From the NCBI GenBank assembly GCA_963701855.1, contig CAVPBK010000009.1, positions 160,001 through 224,000 on the forward strand: a stretch of 64,000 bases of DNA, given 5' to 3'. Of the stretch, positions 1 to 10,587 are shown piece by piece (positions within the stretch are counted from its first letter, which is position 1; the number at the start of each line of letters is the position of its first letter). Made by a program: the position numbers and the translations under genes. Source of the DNA: Nitrospirota bacterium (GTDB lineage Bacteria; Nitrospirota; Nitrospiria; Nitrospirales; Nitrospiraceae). Under the pieces are notes generated by a model. The model ran no database searches. It saw only the letters and a list, made by a program, of their open reading frames with translations, and was not told the origin of the DNA.

Positions 1-63
1 CACATCTGCCGATCGGAAAAATGTGCCGGCTGTTTTTTACCCACGCTATAATGGATGGCCGGA

Positions 64-1470
64 TTACGCCGAGTCCTGACAGCTTGTCCCTCGATATTCT
101 CGAAGCTTGTTCCTCAAGGTCCGAATGCTGATTCCAAGTTCTTTCGCCGCATGGGTGCGATTCTCCCTCACGCGTGTGAGGGTTTGAAAAATCAGTTCCC
201 GCTCCATTTCCCACAGAGAGCCGTTTCCTGAAGGCTGGGGCACGGATGGAACTGGCGCAGGAGACACCGGTTGTCCGCCGGACTCCATCAACAAGTGGCC
301 GGGAAGAATTGCCTCGTTTCCAGCTAAAAGCACAGCGCGTTCCATGACATTTTCTAATTCACGCACATTCCCTTTCCATCGTCTGTCCTGGAGCATCTCA
401 TAGGCCTCCACCGACACCGCCGGAAGCGGAAAGCTATTGCGCGCCGCGGAGACCGCCACAAAATGTCTCGCGAGCAACGGAATGTCAGCGGGCCGATCCC
501 GCAATGGAGGGACTGTGATGGGGAACACATTCAATCGGTAATACAAGTCTTCCCGAAACCGTCCCTGCTCCACTTCGTGATAGAGCGATCGGTTTGTTGT
601 CGCAATGACTCGAATATTCACGGATACGGGCTCCCGGCCTCCGACTCGATCCACTTCCCGCTCCTGAATTACACGGAGCAACTTGGCCTGCAGACCCATG
701 TTCATTTCACTGATTTCATCCAGCAGCAAGGTGCCGGTATGCGCCATCTCAAACTTGCCGATTTTCTTCATGATGGCTCCGGTAAATGCTCCGCGCTCAT
801 GACCAAACAGTTCGCTCTCCAGGAGTCCATCCGGTAATGCCGCGCAATTGACGGCGACAAATGGGCGATGCGCACGAGGGCTTCTGTTATGGATAAAGCG
901 GGCCAGCAATTCTTTCCCTGTGCCGCTTTCTCCATTAATAAGGATAGTTGCTTGGCTTGCGGCGACCCCCTCCACGGTACTGAGCAAACGGGCCATGCCC
1001 GGGTCTTGTGTCAGGATTGACCGCTGGTCGATCGGCGCAGGCGATGTCGCTGAGGCATCAGTCCCCCGCGCTTTCAGATTAGCGATCACTCGCTCGAATA
1101 AATCGGTTGAGAACGGTTTGAGAATGTAATCGCTCGCCCCGTACTTCATTGCCTCCACGGCGGTCTCCACCGTCCCGTAGGCGGTCATCAGGACCATCAA
1201 CGTGTGTGGTGAGCGATGCTTGATCTCTTTGATCAGGTCGAGGCCACCAAGACGCGGCATCTTCAGATCGGTCACCACCAACCAGGGTTTATAACGACTG
1301 ACCCGTTCGACGGCATCGGCGCCATCGATCGCCCCCTGCACGTCATACCCCAGACGACGAACTGACTCCATTAAGGCGGTCCGCATGGATGGATCGTCAT
1401 CGACGATCAAAATTCGCGCGGCCTGCGCGGAAATATCCGTCGCAGGGCCTGCTGTATCGTGTTCACTCAT
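64..1470 (-). CDS. Sigma54-dependent response regulator (REC-AAA+-HTH), FleR/FlgR-like
   Basis: REC (IVDDD, TDLKMP), GESGTGKE, GAFTGA, WKGNVRELEN and Fis-type HTH (LGISIRTLRNKL); overlaps the upstream kinase by 4 nt. Confidence 0.92.
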   Translation of the reverse strand: MSEHDTAGPATDISAQAARILIVDDDPSMRTALMESVRRLGYDVQGAIDGADAVERVSRYKPWLVVTDLKMPRLGGLDLIKEIKHRSPHTLMVLMTAYGTVETAVEAMKYGASDYILKPFSTDLFERVIANLKARGTDASATSPAPIDQRSILTQDPGMARLLSTVEGVAASQATILINGESGTGKELLARFIHNRSPRAHRPFVAVNCAALPDGLLESELFGHERGAFTGAIMKKIGKFEMAHTGTLLLDEISEMNMGLQAKLLRVIQEREVDRVGGREPVSVNIRVIATTNRSLYHEVEQGRFREDLYYRLNVFPITVPPLRDRPADIPLLARHFVAVSAARNSFPLPAVSVEAYEMLQDRRWKGNVRELENVMERAVLLAGNEAILPGHLLMESGGQPVSPAPVPSVPQPSGNGSLWEMERELIFQTLTRVRENRTHAAKELGISIRTLRNKLREYRGTSCQDSA

Positions 1471-2771
1471 GCGGAGGTCTCCTCTTCAATGCAGTGCCGC
1501 TCGCCGAGCATGACAGCGACACCAGACCCGTCTCCGCGATCAGGATCAGACGACTGTGGCGGCTCGACACGGTCCGCCTCGCGACGATGTGGAAGCACGA
1601 TCCTAAATGTCGTCCCGCGCCCCTCAACACTCTCCACGTCGATCCGGCCCCGATGCGCTTCGACAATCGCATGGACGATGGCCAACCCTAACCCGGTACC
1701 CTCGTCCCTCGTGGTAAAAAATGGATCAAAAATCCTCGGCTGCTCAGCCGCGGGAATGCCCACGCCGGTATCTGAGACCGAGAGACACAGCGCCGGCCCG
1801 CTGGAAGTCTGTGTCGTTGTTATGGTCGCCGACAGTGACAGCGTTCCACTCTCGGGCATGGCATGGATGCTGTTCAGAACCATGTTCAGAAGTACTTGCT
1901 TCATTTGCCCCGCATCGCACCAGATGTGAGATGCCAGAGGATCAACGTTCAGACGAATGTCGATTCTGGTATTTGCCACGGCATGGGCGGCGAGCGTCAA
2001 CGCATCAAGCATGAGAGCTTCCGTCTCATGCCACTCCCCATGGGAACAATCTGGCTTGGTATAGAGCAGCAGATTGGTCAGAAGACGATTCATCATGTGA
2101 ACAGACGACGAAATATGCTCGGCGTATTTTCGTAATGCCGGGGCGCCACTCAGATCACGGTGCAGCATCGACGCAAACAGCTCAATGCTGCCGAGTGGAT
2201 TCCGAATTTCGTGGGCAATCCGCCCGATCATTTCACCCATGGCTACAAGCCGATTGCGGCGCTGCAGCCGATCCTCCAATTCTCGTACCGCCGTGACATC
2301 TTGAATCAATAGCACACTCCCGGCATGACACCCCTCGCTGGTCTGCAAGGCACGTTGGGAGAGCGCGACGGCTGCACCCTGTTGCGTCGTCAAGGGATAA
2401 ACGTCGTCATCCAGCTGCGCGTCCTTCAGACAAGCGGCTAACGAACGACCGACAATCTGTTCGCGCGACAGTCCAAGAAGTTGCTCGCCGGCCTGATTAC
2501 AACGTGTGATCGTCCCGTCTGCATCCATCACGAGTAAGCCCGTCGAAAGGGACTCCACAATCGCCGTCAGGTGCTCCCGCAACTCTTCATTGGCGCGCAG
2601 ATTCCGGCCGAGCGCCTCGTTACGGTCGGCCAGTTCGACATCAAGCTGCTCCAGCCTGGACGTCAACGTCTGATAGGACTGTTGCAACGTCGCCGCCGCT
2701 TCGTCGAAACTGCGAAACGCATCGTGCAATAAATCGCTTTCCGTGGTCGCCGAGGCAGGATGTACGTTCAT
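1467..2771 (-). CDS. PAS-domain sensor histidine kinase, FleS-like
   Basis: N-terminal coiled coil, PAS, H-box AHEIRNPL, N-box, DTGVG, FDPFFTT, GTGLGL. Confidence 0.92.
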   Translation of the reverse strand: MNVHPASATTESDLLHDAFRSFDEAAATLQQSYQTLTSRLEQLDVELADRNEALGRNLRANEELREHLTAIVESLSTGLLVMDADGTITRCNQAGEQLLGLSREQIVGRSLAACLKDAQLDDDVYPLTTQQGAAVALSQRALQTSEGCHAGSVLLIQDVTAVRELEDRLQRRNRLVAMGEMIGRIAHEIRNPLGSIELFASMLHRDLSGAPALRKYAEHISSSVHMMNRLLTNLLLYTKPDCSHGEWHETEALMLDALTLAAHAVANTRIDIRLNVDPLASHIWCDAGQMKQVLLNMVLNSIHAMPESGTLSLSATITTTQTSSGPALCLSVSDTGVGIPAAEQPRIFDPFFTTRDEGTGLGLAIVHAIVEAHRGRIDVESVEGRGTTFRIVLPHRREADRVEPPQSSDPDRGDGSGVAVMLGERHCIEEETSA

Positions 2772-2775
2772 TACA

Positions 2776-4932
2776 TCATTCTCCTTCCTTCGCCATGGCC
2801 GCTTGGAGGCCTATCTGCATCGCTTCCGCTGCACGATGGAGCAGTGGATCGTCGAACTCTGCGTCCGGCCCCACGATTCCAGGCCGGCTTCCTTGATAGT
2901 TCGTGGCCTCAGGATTCAGTATGATCTGCACCCGGGCCCATTCGGCCTCTACAGGATTAGCTCCGGCCTTCAGCGCCTGCCGGTAGAGATCCATGGCACG
3001 TTCGGGTTTATTCAGTTGCAAGAGCAGATCGGCATACAACAGAAAATCCTGCGGCGCCCGGAGCGCGTTGTTTCGCAATGCATCCTCGAATGCTGCGGCG
3101 GCTTCCACTTGCTTCTGGTCTTCTGCAAGCGTCCGCGCCAGCGTCGCGTAGATCCAACCTCGCGCCGCATCACGCGGTTGAGACCGCGTCCAGTGCCGCA
3201 TGAGCCGGATGGCGCTCTGGCGATCCCCTTGCTCCAGCATGGCCGTCGTCAATTGGCGTGAGACCAGCATAGACCGCTCGCTCCTCGGATGCTGAAGGCG
3301 AAAACTTTCGAATACGCTCCGAGCTGCCGCAGGATCGAGCTGGTCCAGATAACTTTCGCCAAGACCAAGAAGCGCCTCTTCGTGAAGTGTCGCCGCCTTC
3401 CGATTCTTTACCAACATTTGATACAGGTGTACCGCTTCGGTAGAGAAGCCCAGCCGACGATGCGTATCGGCCACCTCCAATAATGTCCGCGTCCCTATGT
3501 AGTGCTGCTCTGGAGCTTGCCCGTGACTGTGAAATAATGTGAGCGCTTGGACGTCCTGCTTGCTCTTGAGTGCCGCTTCCAACTGGGGTTTCAAGAGAGA
3601 GGTTAGATGGAGACCGGCAGTCTGGGGCCACGGATCCTGTGGAGCCACACCGTTCCGCCGAGTGACAGCTTGATAGACCTCGATGGCACGCGACATATCA
3701 CCGCGCAATTCGTAGGACTCCGCCAAATGAAAGAGTGCCTCGCTACCGACCATATCGTTCGGGTGTTCGAGGGCGATGGCCTTATGGAGCGCCTCGCCTT
3801 CTGATACATCCAGGTAGGAACTATCGCTCCCTCGAATCATGCCTTCCACTTTTCTCCGCAAGAAATCCTCTCCTGCCGAAGCCGCAATTTCCTGTTCCCT
3901 CCGTGACAGTCGCATGCGAGCAACAACCGCTGCCGCCGTATCTGCATACTGCGTCTGGGCGGTAGTGTAAAAATTCTCTGCCTGAGTGCGTAGACCGAGC
4001 CTGCTGTGACTGTCTCCAAGGCGGACAAGAGCGGTACTCGCGTGCCGGTGCGAAGGAAAGAGGTTGTACAGGAGCAAATCGATCTCGCACGCTCTTTTCA
4101 GCTCCTGAACTTCAAAGAGGGCATCGCCATATTGCTGCAACCCATCAGCATTTTTCTTCAGGAGATTCGGCCAGCGCCGATACAGAATATCGTACAGTAG
4201 CACTGCATCCCGCTTGCGCCCCTGGATGTAGAGCGCGTTGGCCTGATCAAATGTCGCCCTCACGACAAGACGCTCCTCCGTCGAACGATGTCTCACTGCT
4301 TCAAAGGCCCGTTCCGCTTCTGTCCATCGCCCCAACTCCCCAAGTGTGGTCCCCAACGCGAGCATGGATCGGTCCGCATCGAAACGAGGCAGCTCGCGGG
4401 ATAGAGCATATTCATAGGCGACAAAGGCTTCCTGGAACCATCCCATTTCGGCATACAGGTCACCCACCCGCCAGAATGCACGGAACGCATTGGCATTCTT
4501 CGGATACGCCCCGATAATGCTGCGATATTGCGCAATCGCCTCTCTCCGGCCATGGTCGGTCGGGTTCTCGAGCAGGGTGAGTTCGGCCAAGAAGGCCTTC
4601 AACGGCGGGATCAACCCACGCGCGGAGTCGAGTCTGGCGAGCGCGTCAAAGCCCGCGCGGGCGACGTTATACTGCTTGCGGGCAAGCGCCTCAACCGCCT
4701 CTAGAAATTGTGCGGACTCCGGCCCCTCCACCGTTCGCGCATAGCGGGGACCGTCATCGGGCAGCGCAATTCGTGACGAAGGAGTCGCCACTCCCCCTTG
4801 AGGAGACGTCGCGTGGGTGGGTAATGGAGTGACCGGCGACTCTCGCGGCTCCGTTGCAGCTGCATCTTGAAGTGCAAGACACTGCGCAAGCACACACACG
4901 ATCAACCAATTGCAAGATGTACTCATACTCAT
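2776..4932 (-). CDS. Large tetratricopeptide-repeat protein, probably secreted
   Basis: Repeated TPR-like helices (e.g. EALFHLAESY, EALLGLGESY); signal-like N-terminus. Start placed at 4932/4926 rather than 5037 because of the sigma54 promoter at 4949-4964. Confidence 0.8.
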   Translation of the reverse strand: MSMSTSCNWLIVCVLAQCLALQDAAATEPRESPVTPLPTHATSPQGGVATPSSRIALPDDGPRYARTVEGPESAQFLEAVEALARKQYNVARAGFDALARLDSARGLIPPLKAFLAELTLLENPTDHGRREAIAQYRSIIGAYPKNANAFRAFWRVGDLYAEMGWFQEAFVAYEYALSRELPRFDADRSMLALGTTLGELGRWTEAERAFEAVRHRSTEERLVVRATFDQANALYIQGRKRDAVLLYDILYRRWPNLLKKNADGLQQYGDALFEVQELKRACEIDLLLYNLFPSHRHASTALVRLGDSHSRLGLRTQAENFYTTAQTQYADTAAAVVARMRLSRREQEIAASAGEDFLRRKVEGMIRGSDSSYLDVSEGEALHKAIALEHPNDMVGSEALFHLAESYELRGDMSRAIEVYQAVTRRNGVAPQDPWPQTAGLHLTSLLKPQLEAALKSKQDVQALTLFHSHGQAPEQHYIGTRTLLEVADTHRRLGFSTEAVHLYQMLVKNRKAATLHEEALLGLGESYLDQLDPAAARSVFESFRLQHPRSERSMLVSRQLTTAMLEQGDRQSAIRLMRHWTRSQPRDAARGWIYATLARTLAEDQKQVEAAAAFEDALRNNALRAPQDFLLYADLLLQLNKPERAMDLYRQALKAGANPVEAEWARVQIILNPEATNYQGSRPGIVGPDAEFDDPLLHRAAEAMQIGLQAAMAKEGE

Positions 4933-4948
4933 AGACACGTCGAAGTTC

Positions 4949-4964
4949 AGCAATTTCTGTGCCC
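4949..4964 (-). promoter_or_regulatory. Sigma54 -24/-12 promoter for the TPR-fleS-fleR operon
   Basis: Minus strand reads GGGCACAGAAATTGCT (GG-N10-GC, close to TGGCAC-N5-TTGC). Confidence 0.7.
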
Positions 4965-5068
4965 TTGTCGTTTCGCAACTAAATACCTGCTCTGCGAGCA
5001 AACTTGCCGTCATTCGAGTGATGATTCGACGAAACATGTCAAGCGTCCGTCGCCTCGCTCATGCGTTC

Positions 5069-5082
5069 GTCAATCAATTGAC
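5069..5082. promoter_or_regulatory. FleQ-box-like enhancer palindrome
   Basis: GTCAATCAATTGAC, about 110 bp upstream of the sigma54 site; resembles the Pseudomonas FleQ consensus GTCA-N6-TGAC. Confidence 0.6.
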
Positions 5083-5298
5083 AGAGTGCGCGTCAGGAAG
5101 ACTCCAGATTTTGATGTGAGCAGTTCACGGCACTATTGGGAGAGATTCACTGAAGCAGTATATCGATCTGGCGAGAGTCACATGAGCAGGCGGTAGAAAA
5201 TCTCGAAGAACTAACCGTATCGGGTTTCGGATAAAGAGCACTCGGCAGTCTTTCGTTTCACGTTTCACAACTCCTAGAGCGACTTTTTCTGCAGCCTA

Positions 5299-6708
5299 TT
5301 AGAAAGCGGGACAACCCTGAGCCTTCGAAGCAAAGCCTTTCCGCTTCATCTTCTCAACGAGCGTGGTACGGTTGACATGGAGTAGCTGAGCCGCCTTGCT
5401 CGTAATTCCGTTGGCCTGTCGAAGCGCGCCAACGATGAGACGGTTCTCGAACTGCTCAAGCTCTCGTGACAGGTTGACCCCCTGATCGCTGAAGCCGATG
5501 AAGTGCGACGCAGTCTGTTCCGCGGTTACCGAAGAGCATAGGAGACGCTCCGGAAGATCAGCGACTTCGATAATCCCTGATCGACTCAACACCGCAAGGC
5601 GCTCGATCATGTTCTCCAACTCCCGAATATTCCCAGGCCAGTGATGTTCCATTAAACGGGCCATGGCATCAGGGGAACAGACTGCCATCGCAGTCTGTTT
5701 GCCGCAGTTCAATCTCTCCAAGAAATGATTCACCAATAATGGGATATCGCTTCGCCGTTCTCTCAGCGGTGGAATTGTGACAGGGATGACATTCAGGCGA
5801 TAATACAGATCTTCCCGAAAACGCTTCTGCTGCACGGCCACTTCCAGATCCTGATTGGTAGCCGCAACAACGCGAACATCCACGTCGATCGTTTTCGTGC
5901 CTCCCACACGCTCGAACGACCGTTCTTGCAGAACCCGAAGCAGCTTCACTTGTAACCCGAGGCTCAACTCACCGATTTCGTCGAGAAATATTGTCCCGCC
6001 ATGCGCCGACTCGAAGCGGCCTATTCGTGTATGCGCTGCGCCGGTAAACGCTCCCTTCTCATGTCCAAACAACTCAGATTCGAGCAGATTCTCGGGAATA
6101 GCGCCGCAATTGACCGGGATGAGCGGGCGATCTTTGCGCACACTGTTAAAGTGCAGCATCCTCGCGATCAGTTCCTTGCCGGTTCCACTCTCTCCTTGAA
6201 TTAAAACGGTGCTATTGCAGTCCGCAACCTTCTCGACAAACTCAAGTACGCGCCGAATCGGTTCACTCGTACCGACAAACTGCTCTAACCGATATTGCTC
6301 ACGGACGGCTCTCCGCGAAAACTGCATGTTCCTGCGTCGGTCACATGCTTCCAATGCCTTCTTAATTGAGTCAACGACGGACTCGTTGTCAAATGGTTTT
6401 GTCAGGAATTCAAATGCTCCAGCCTTCATGGCCTTCACGGCACAGTCAATTGAGCCGTAACCGGTCATCACAATCCCGATCACCTTGGGATCAATCTGGA
6501 GGATGCGCTCCAAGACGACCAGGCCATCCATATCAGGCAGCTTCAAGTCCGTCATCAACACATGAACAGGGATCTCCCGGGCCACACGAATAGCCTCCTG
6601 TCCGCTTCCAACAAGCGTCACTTGACGCCCTTCCTGCGACAACAGTCTTCGAAGCAGTCTCTGCAGGCCGTCATCGTCCTCGACCACAAGAATAGACAAC
6701 ACACTCAT
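5299..6708 (-). CDS. Sigma54-dependent response regulator, FleQ/FlrA/NtrC-like
   Basis: REC (VEDDD, TDLKLP), GESGTGKE, VNCGAIPENLLESELFGHEKGAFTGA, HTH NRTTLVEKMKR; GAGGTG RBS before ATG 6708. Confidence 0.92.
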   Translation of the reverse strand: MSVLSILVVEDDDGLQRLLRRLLSQEGRQVTLVGSGQEAIRVAREIPVHVLMTDLKLPDMDGLVVLERILQIDPKVIGIVMTGYGSIDCAVKAMKAGAFEFLTKPFDNESVVDSIKKALEACDRRRNMQFSRRAVREQYRLEQFVGTSEPIRRVLEFVEKVADCNSTVLIQGESGTGKELIARMLHFNSVRKDRPLIPVNCGAIPENLLESELFGHEKGAFTGAAHTRIGRFESAHGGTIFLDEIGELSLGLQVKLLRVLQERSFERVGGTKTIDVDVRVVAATNQDLEVAVQQKRFREDLYYRLNVIPVTIPPLRERRSDIPLLVNHFLERLNCGKQTAMAVCSPDAMARLMEHHWPGNIRELENMIERLAVLSRSGIIEVADLPERLLCSSVTAEQTASHFIGFSDQGVNLSRELEQFENRLIVGALRQANGITSKAAQLLHVNRTTLVEKMKRKGFASKAQGCPAF

Positions 6709-6815
6709 GCTGTGCACCTCATATAACGTGATAGCACATGAATAAGAAATACGACGAACACATTAAATCAGCCTGTTTGATGGATCGGCATGAGCAGGCC
6801 CTATCACATTTCTCT

Positions 6816-6829
6816 GTCATGAAAATGAC
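6816..6829. promoter_or_regulatory. Second GTCA-N6-TGAC palindrome upstream of the FleQ-like gene (possible autoregulation)
   Basis: GTCATGAAAATGAC. Confidence 0.45.
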
Positions 6830-7096
6830 GCATCGCATCGCTACTAAGCGTATAAGAGATCTTCATATCGGAAAGTGCCTAATAGCTCTTACGGATACAG
6901 AATTTCAGACATATTCATGCTGGGCAGTATAGCTCTATATGGTCTGATCAAATTTCTCTATCAGCTCTATTATGAAGAACTACGTATTATTCATGAATCT
7001 GAATTGACTGTTATGTGCAGTGTGAGGACACGCTTCGAGTGAATGCCGATGGAGTGAGGGATATGAGCAGACCGATCAGGGCAGGTTATCGAGCTT

Positions 7097-7789
7097 TCAC
7101 TGACCCGTAGAATTGTCGGCTAAACGTTTCTTTGAGGAAGAATCGCGGATGAAATAGGCCGCAGCTTGCGCTCTCCGGGTCACGTTCAGCTTCTGAAAAA
7201 TGAACCGGATATAGTTTTTTACAGTCTTATCACTCAACTCGAGCGATATGCCGATCTCCTTGTTTGTTTTCCCCTCGGCCACGAGCGCAAGCACACGCTG
7301 TTGCTGGGAGGAGAGGGCCGTCCGCTGGGACTCAGATGCCTCCCCTTGCTTCAACCGCATGCGAACCAAGAGCGGCTTCGTAATGGCGGGGTCGAGGACC
7401 GACTGTCCCTGGGCCACGGCATGAATAGCTCGCAGCAAGCCCTCAGCATTCACTTCTTTCAATAGATAGCCGGCCGCCCCTTCATAAATCGCGGCGAACA
7501 CCGCCTCATCGTCTTGATAGGAGGAAAGAAAGAGCACACGCGTGTCGGGACAAGAATCCCTGATGGCACGGCAAGCGTCCGCTCCGCTCCCGTCGGGGAA
7601 ACGGACGTCCATCAAGACGACATCCGGTTGAAGGCGGCAGGTTTCAGTGATGGCATCCTTGACATTGGCCGCTTCGCCGACCACGCTGATATTATCCTGT
7701 CGACTCAGCACCGCCCGTAATCCCACGCGAACGAATTCGTGATCGTCCACGATCAACACGCTGATTGGTCTCATGCTAGGCTTACCCAA
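7097..7789 (-). CDS. NarL/LuxR-family response regulator (DevR/DosR-like)
   Basis: IVDDHEFVRVGL, MDVRFPDGSG, C-terminal HTH GKTNKEIG...KTVKNY. Confidence 0.92.
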   Translation of the reverse strand: MGKPSMRPISVLIVDDHEFVRVGLRAVLSRQDNISVVGEAANVKDAITETCRLQPDVVLMDVRFPDGSGADACRAIRDSCPDTRVLFLSSYQDDEAVFAAIYEGAAGYLLKEVNAEGLLRAIHAVAQGQSVLDPAITKPLLVRMRLKQGEASESQRTALSSQQQRVLALVAEGKTNKEIGISLELSDKTVKNYIRFIFQKLNVTRRAQAAAYFIRDSSSKKRLADNSTGQ

Positions 7790-8237
7790 ATGCTTCTTCT
7801 TTAGTAGAGCTTACAGCGCACGGAGCACACCACTGGCCGCGCATATCTCTAATCAGAAAATTCAAATCATCTGCCATGTCATTGCTTAGGAAACTTAATC
7901 CTGTTTGCCACCTATGACAATACGTCTATTCGGCTCTACATTATGCAAACATGATCGCATTGATAGAATTTATATCTTCCATAAATGCTGACAGCGTATA
8001 TCCTACGTATATTCACCCTCTGTTGCACTCGCGCAGAAACGACAGAGCATCCCACAGCCTGTATTGATCATTTAATTCATTGGGTCTGTCTGGTTTTGGT
8101 TGAACGAAACTCATCAGATAGACCAGACGAACCAGACAGACGATTCCAGCGCGAGTTAAGGTTCCGAGACATTCTACCGACAAGGGCTTGTACTGACTTA
8201 TGGTGAACACTAATCAGCATTGAGGACCGCCAGAAGC

Positions 8238-9107
8238 ATGGACGCAGCAATAGGCGAATCTCGCAACGTGGGAATGCCGGAGCAAGTCGAGCAGGCCTTA
8301 ATCGAACGGATCGACAAGGATCGGATCGACCTCCCCGTGCTGCCACAAGTTGCTGGCCGGGTCATGGCTCTGGCGGGTGATCCATCGGCAGATGCGGCGC
8401 GTCTGTCCGCCCTCATTCACCAGGACCAGGCATTGGCAGCACATGTTCTGAGAGTAGCTAACTCGCCCGCCTATATGCCTCGGACTCCGATTGCCTCGCT
8501 CCAACATGCCGTCGCCATGCTTGGTGTGAATCAGCTGTCTGAAATCGCTGTCACAATTTCTCTGAAGAGTGGGGCCGTCAAGATTCCAGGACATGAAGCG
8601 GACATACGGCAGCTCTGGAGGCACGCGCTCGCCAGCGGGGCCTACGCAAAAGAGATCGCGCGCATGCGCCGGTTCAATGTGGAAAACGCTTACCTGTGCG
8701 GGCTTCTGCATGCGGTTGGGAAACCGGTCGTGCTTAAGGCCGTCATGACCATTGCCGCAGACATGCATATCTCCCTCGATCCCGGCGCCATAACCTCCTT
8801 CCTCGACAGCTATCATGCCCGCGTGGGCATCCAGATCGCCAGTGAATGGACCTTGCCCTCACAGGTGGCTGAGGTCATCGCCTATTACTGGGTCTACGAG
8901 CAAGCGCCCTCGCATAAACAGGAGGCGATGATGACCTGCCTGGCAGACCGGTTGGCGACCCATCTACTCGTTGCCGATTCCTTCGATGACAATACGCTTC
9001 GCGACCATAGTGTCTTTGCCGATCTCAATCTCTACCCCAACGATATTGATGCATTGCTCGGTCTCAAAGAGAAAATACTCAATCTCGTGGATACGATGGC
9101 ACAATGA
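8238..9107 (+). CDS. HDOD-domain protein
   Basis: LPVLPQVA, DQALAAHVLRVANSPAY, LWRHA, GLLHAVGK. Confidence 0.88.
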   Translation: MDAAIGESRNVGMPEQVEQALIERIDKDRIDLPVLPQVAGRVMALAGDPSADAARLSALIHQDQALAAHVLRVANSPAYMPRTPIASLQHAVAMLGVNQLSEIAVTISLKSGAVKIPGHEADIRQLWRHALASGAYAKEIARMRRFNVENAYLCGLLHAVGKPVVLKAVMTIAADMHISLDPGAITSFLDSYHARVGIQIASEWTLPSQVAEVIAYYWVYEQAPSHKQEAMMTCLADRLATHLLVADSFDDNTLRDHSVFADLNLYPNDIDALLGLKEKILNLVDTMAQ

Positions 9108-10519
9108 ATACAGTACTTCACTATGACATTGTGGTAATCGGGAGCGGTCCAGCCGGCCAAAAGGCTGCCATCCAAGGCGCCAAAGCAGGTAAACACGTGG
9201 CAATGATCGAACGCGAGCCGGGCGTCGGCGGTGGTTGCGTGTACCGTGGAACGATTCCAAGTAAAACGCTTCGCGAGAGTGCGCTGCAGGCGGATCGAAT
9301 GAAACGGTCTGCAACGATGCTGGACATGCCACTCTCATCGAACATCATGGTCTCCACGCTAATGCGCCGCTTGGACAAAGTCGTCACGTCGCATGGCGAA
9401 TATATGATGAACCAGCTGACGCGCAATGGAGTCACATTGTTCCACGGCCGAGCCAAATTTCTCTCCGACAGCCTGATTGAAATGTTGACGGTAGACGGAA
9501 TAAAACAAACGCTCACCGCCGATACGATCGTCATCGCGACAGGATCCCGGCCTCGTGCGCCGGCCGAAATACCAATCGACCATGAACACATTCTCGACAG
9601 TGATTCGATTCTCTCGATGATCTACTTACCACGCTCTCTTACCGTGCTGGGTGGCGGTATCATTGCATTGGAATATGCGTCAATCTTTTCCGCGCTTGGC
9701 GCACAAGTCACCATCATCGATCGGGCTGATCGTCCCCTTCAGTTTTTTGATGCGGAACTCGTTCGCACGTTTGTGCAAAGCTTTGAGCAAGAAGGCGGTC
9801 GCTATTGGGGAGGGCAGACGATCAGCGACGTCCGGTGGGATGGGATCTCTCAGGTGGTGACGACGCTCCAGGACGGGCAGGTGTTCACGAGCGATAAAAT
9901 GCTCGTGGCTATAGGACGACAAGCAAATATCGAGGAACTCAATCTCAGCGCCACCGGCTTGACCGTCACAGGAAAGGGAACGCTGGCCGTCAACGAACAT
10001 TGCCAGACGGCTATTCCCCACATTTATGGCGTCGGCGATCTCATCGGCCCCCCTGGGCTGGCCTCTGCTGCCATGGAACAAGGCCGGCGTGCCGTGTGCC
10101 ATGCCCTGGGTCTCCCGGAGGGACATTCAGCCACTATGATTCCGGTCGGGATATACACAATCCCCGAGATGGCCAGTATCGGAATTGACGAAGCGGCGGC
10201 TCGTAAACGCTATCGAGGAGTCATAGTCGGCCGAGCACGATTTAACGAAATCGCCCGGGGCCAGATCTCAGACATTCACAACGGCTTGCTGAAGATGGTG
10301 GCTGATCCAACAGGCGAATACCTCCTTGGCGTCCAGATTGTCGGAGAAGGCGCGACGGAACTAATTCATCTCGGTCAAATGGCACTACAGCATGCGGCCA
10401 CGGTCGACTCATTTGTTGAGAATATCTTCAACTTCCCTACCCTGGCTGAATCCTATCGCGTCGCAGCGCTCGACATCGTGGGGCAACGTCAAAAACGCCT
10501 GGCCTCGGAAGCCGCCTGA
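9104..10519 (+). CDS. sthA: Soluble pyridine nucleotide transhydrogenase
   Basis: GSGPAGQKAAIQ, GGGCVYRGTIPSKTLRE, GGGIIALEYA, FNFPTLAESYRVAA; ATGA overlap with the HDOD gene. Confidence 0.88.
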   Translation: MNTVLHYDIVVIGSGPAGQKAAIQGAKAGKHVAMIEREPGVGGGCVYRGTIPSKTLRESALQADRMKRSATMLDMPLSSNIMVSTLMRRLDKVVTSHGEYMMNQLTRNGVTLFHGRAKFLSDSLIEMLTVDGIKQTLTADTIVIATGSRPRAPAEIPIDHEHILDSDSILSMIYLPRSLTVLGGGIIALEYASIFSALGAQVTIIDRADRPLQFFDAELVRTFVQSFEQEGGRYWGGQTISDVRWDGISQVVTTLQDGQVFTSDKMLVAIGRQANIEELNLSATGLTVTGKGTLAVNEHCQTAIPHIYGVGDLIGPPGLASAAMEQGRRAVCHALGLPEGHSATMIPVGIYTIPEMASIGIDEAAARKRYRGVIVGRARFNEIARGQISDIHNGLLKMVADPTGEYLLGVQIVGEGATELIHLGQMALQHAATVDSFVENIFNFPTLAESYRVAALDIVGQRQKRLASEAA

Positions 10520-10543
10520 AACACGCGAAACAGCGGGAGATCG

Positions 10544-10587
10544 GAAGGCTGAAGTGTTCGGACTTCAAGCCCAGACCTTCAACCTTC
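10544..10587. terminator. Imperfect inverted repeat between convergent genes
   Basis: GAAGGCTGAAG ... CTTCAACCTTC. Confidence 0.35.

Noticed and set aside
7886..7903. DosR-box-like TTAGGAAACTTAATCCTG upstream of the DevR-like gene
   Set aside because: Weak palindrome; spacing fits neither the DosR consensus nor the island motif well
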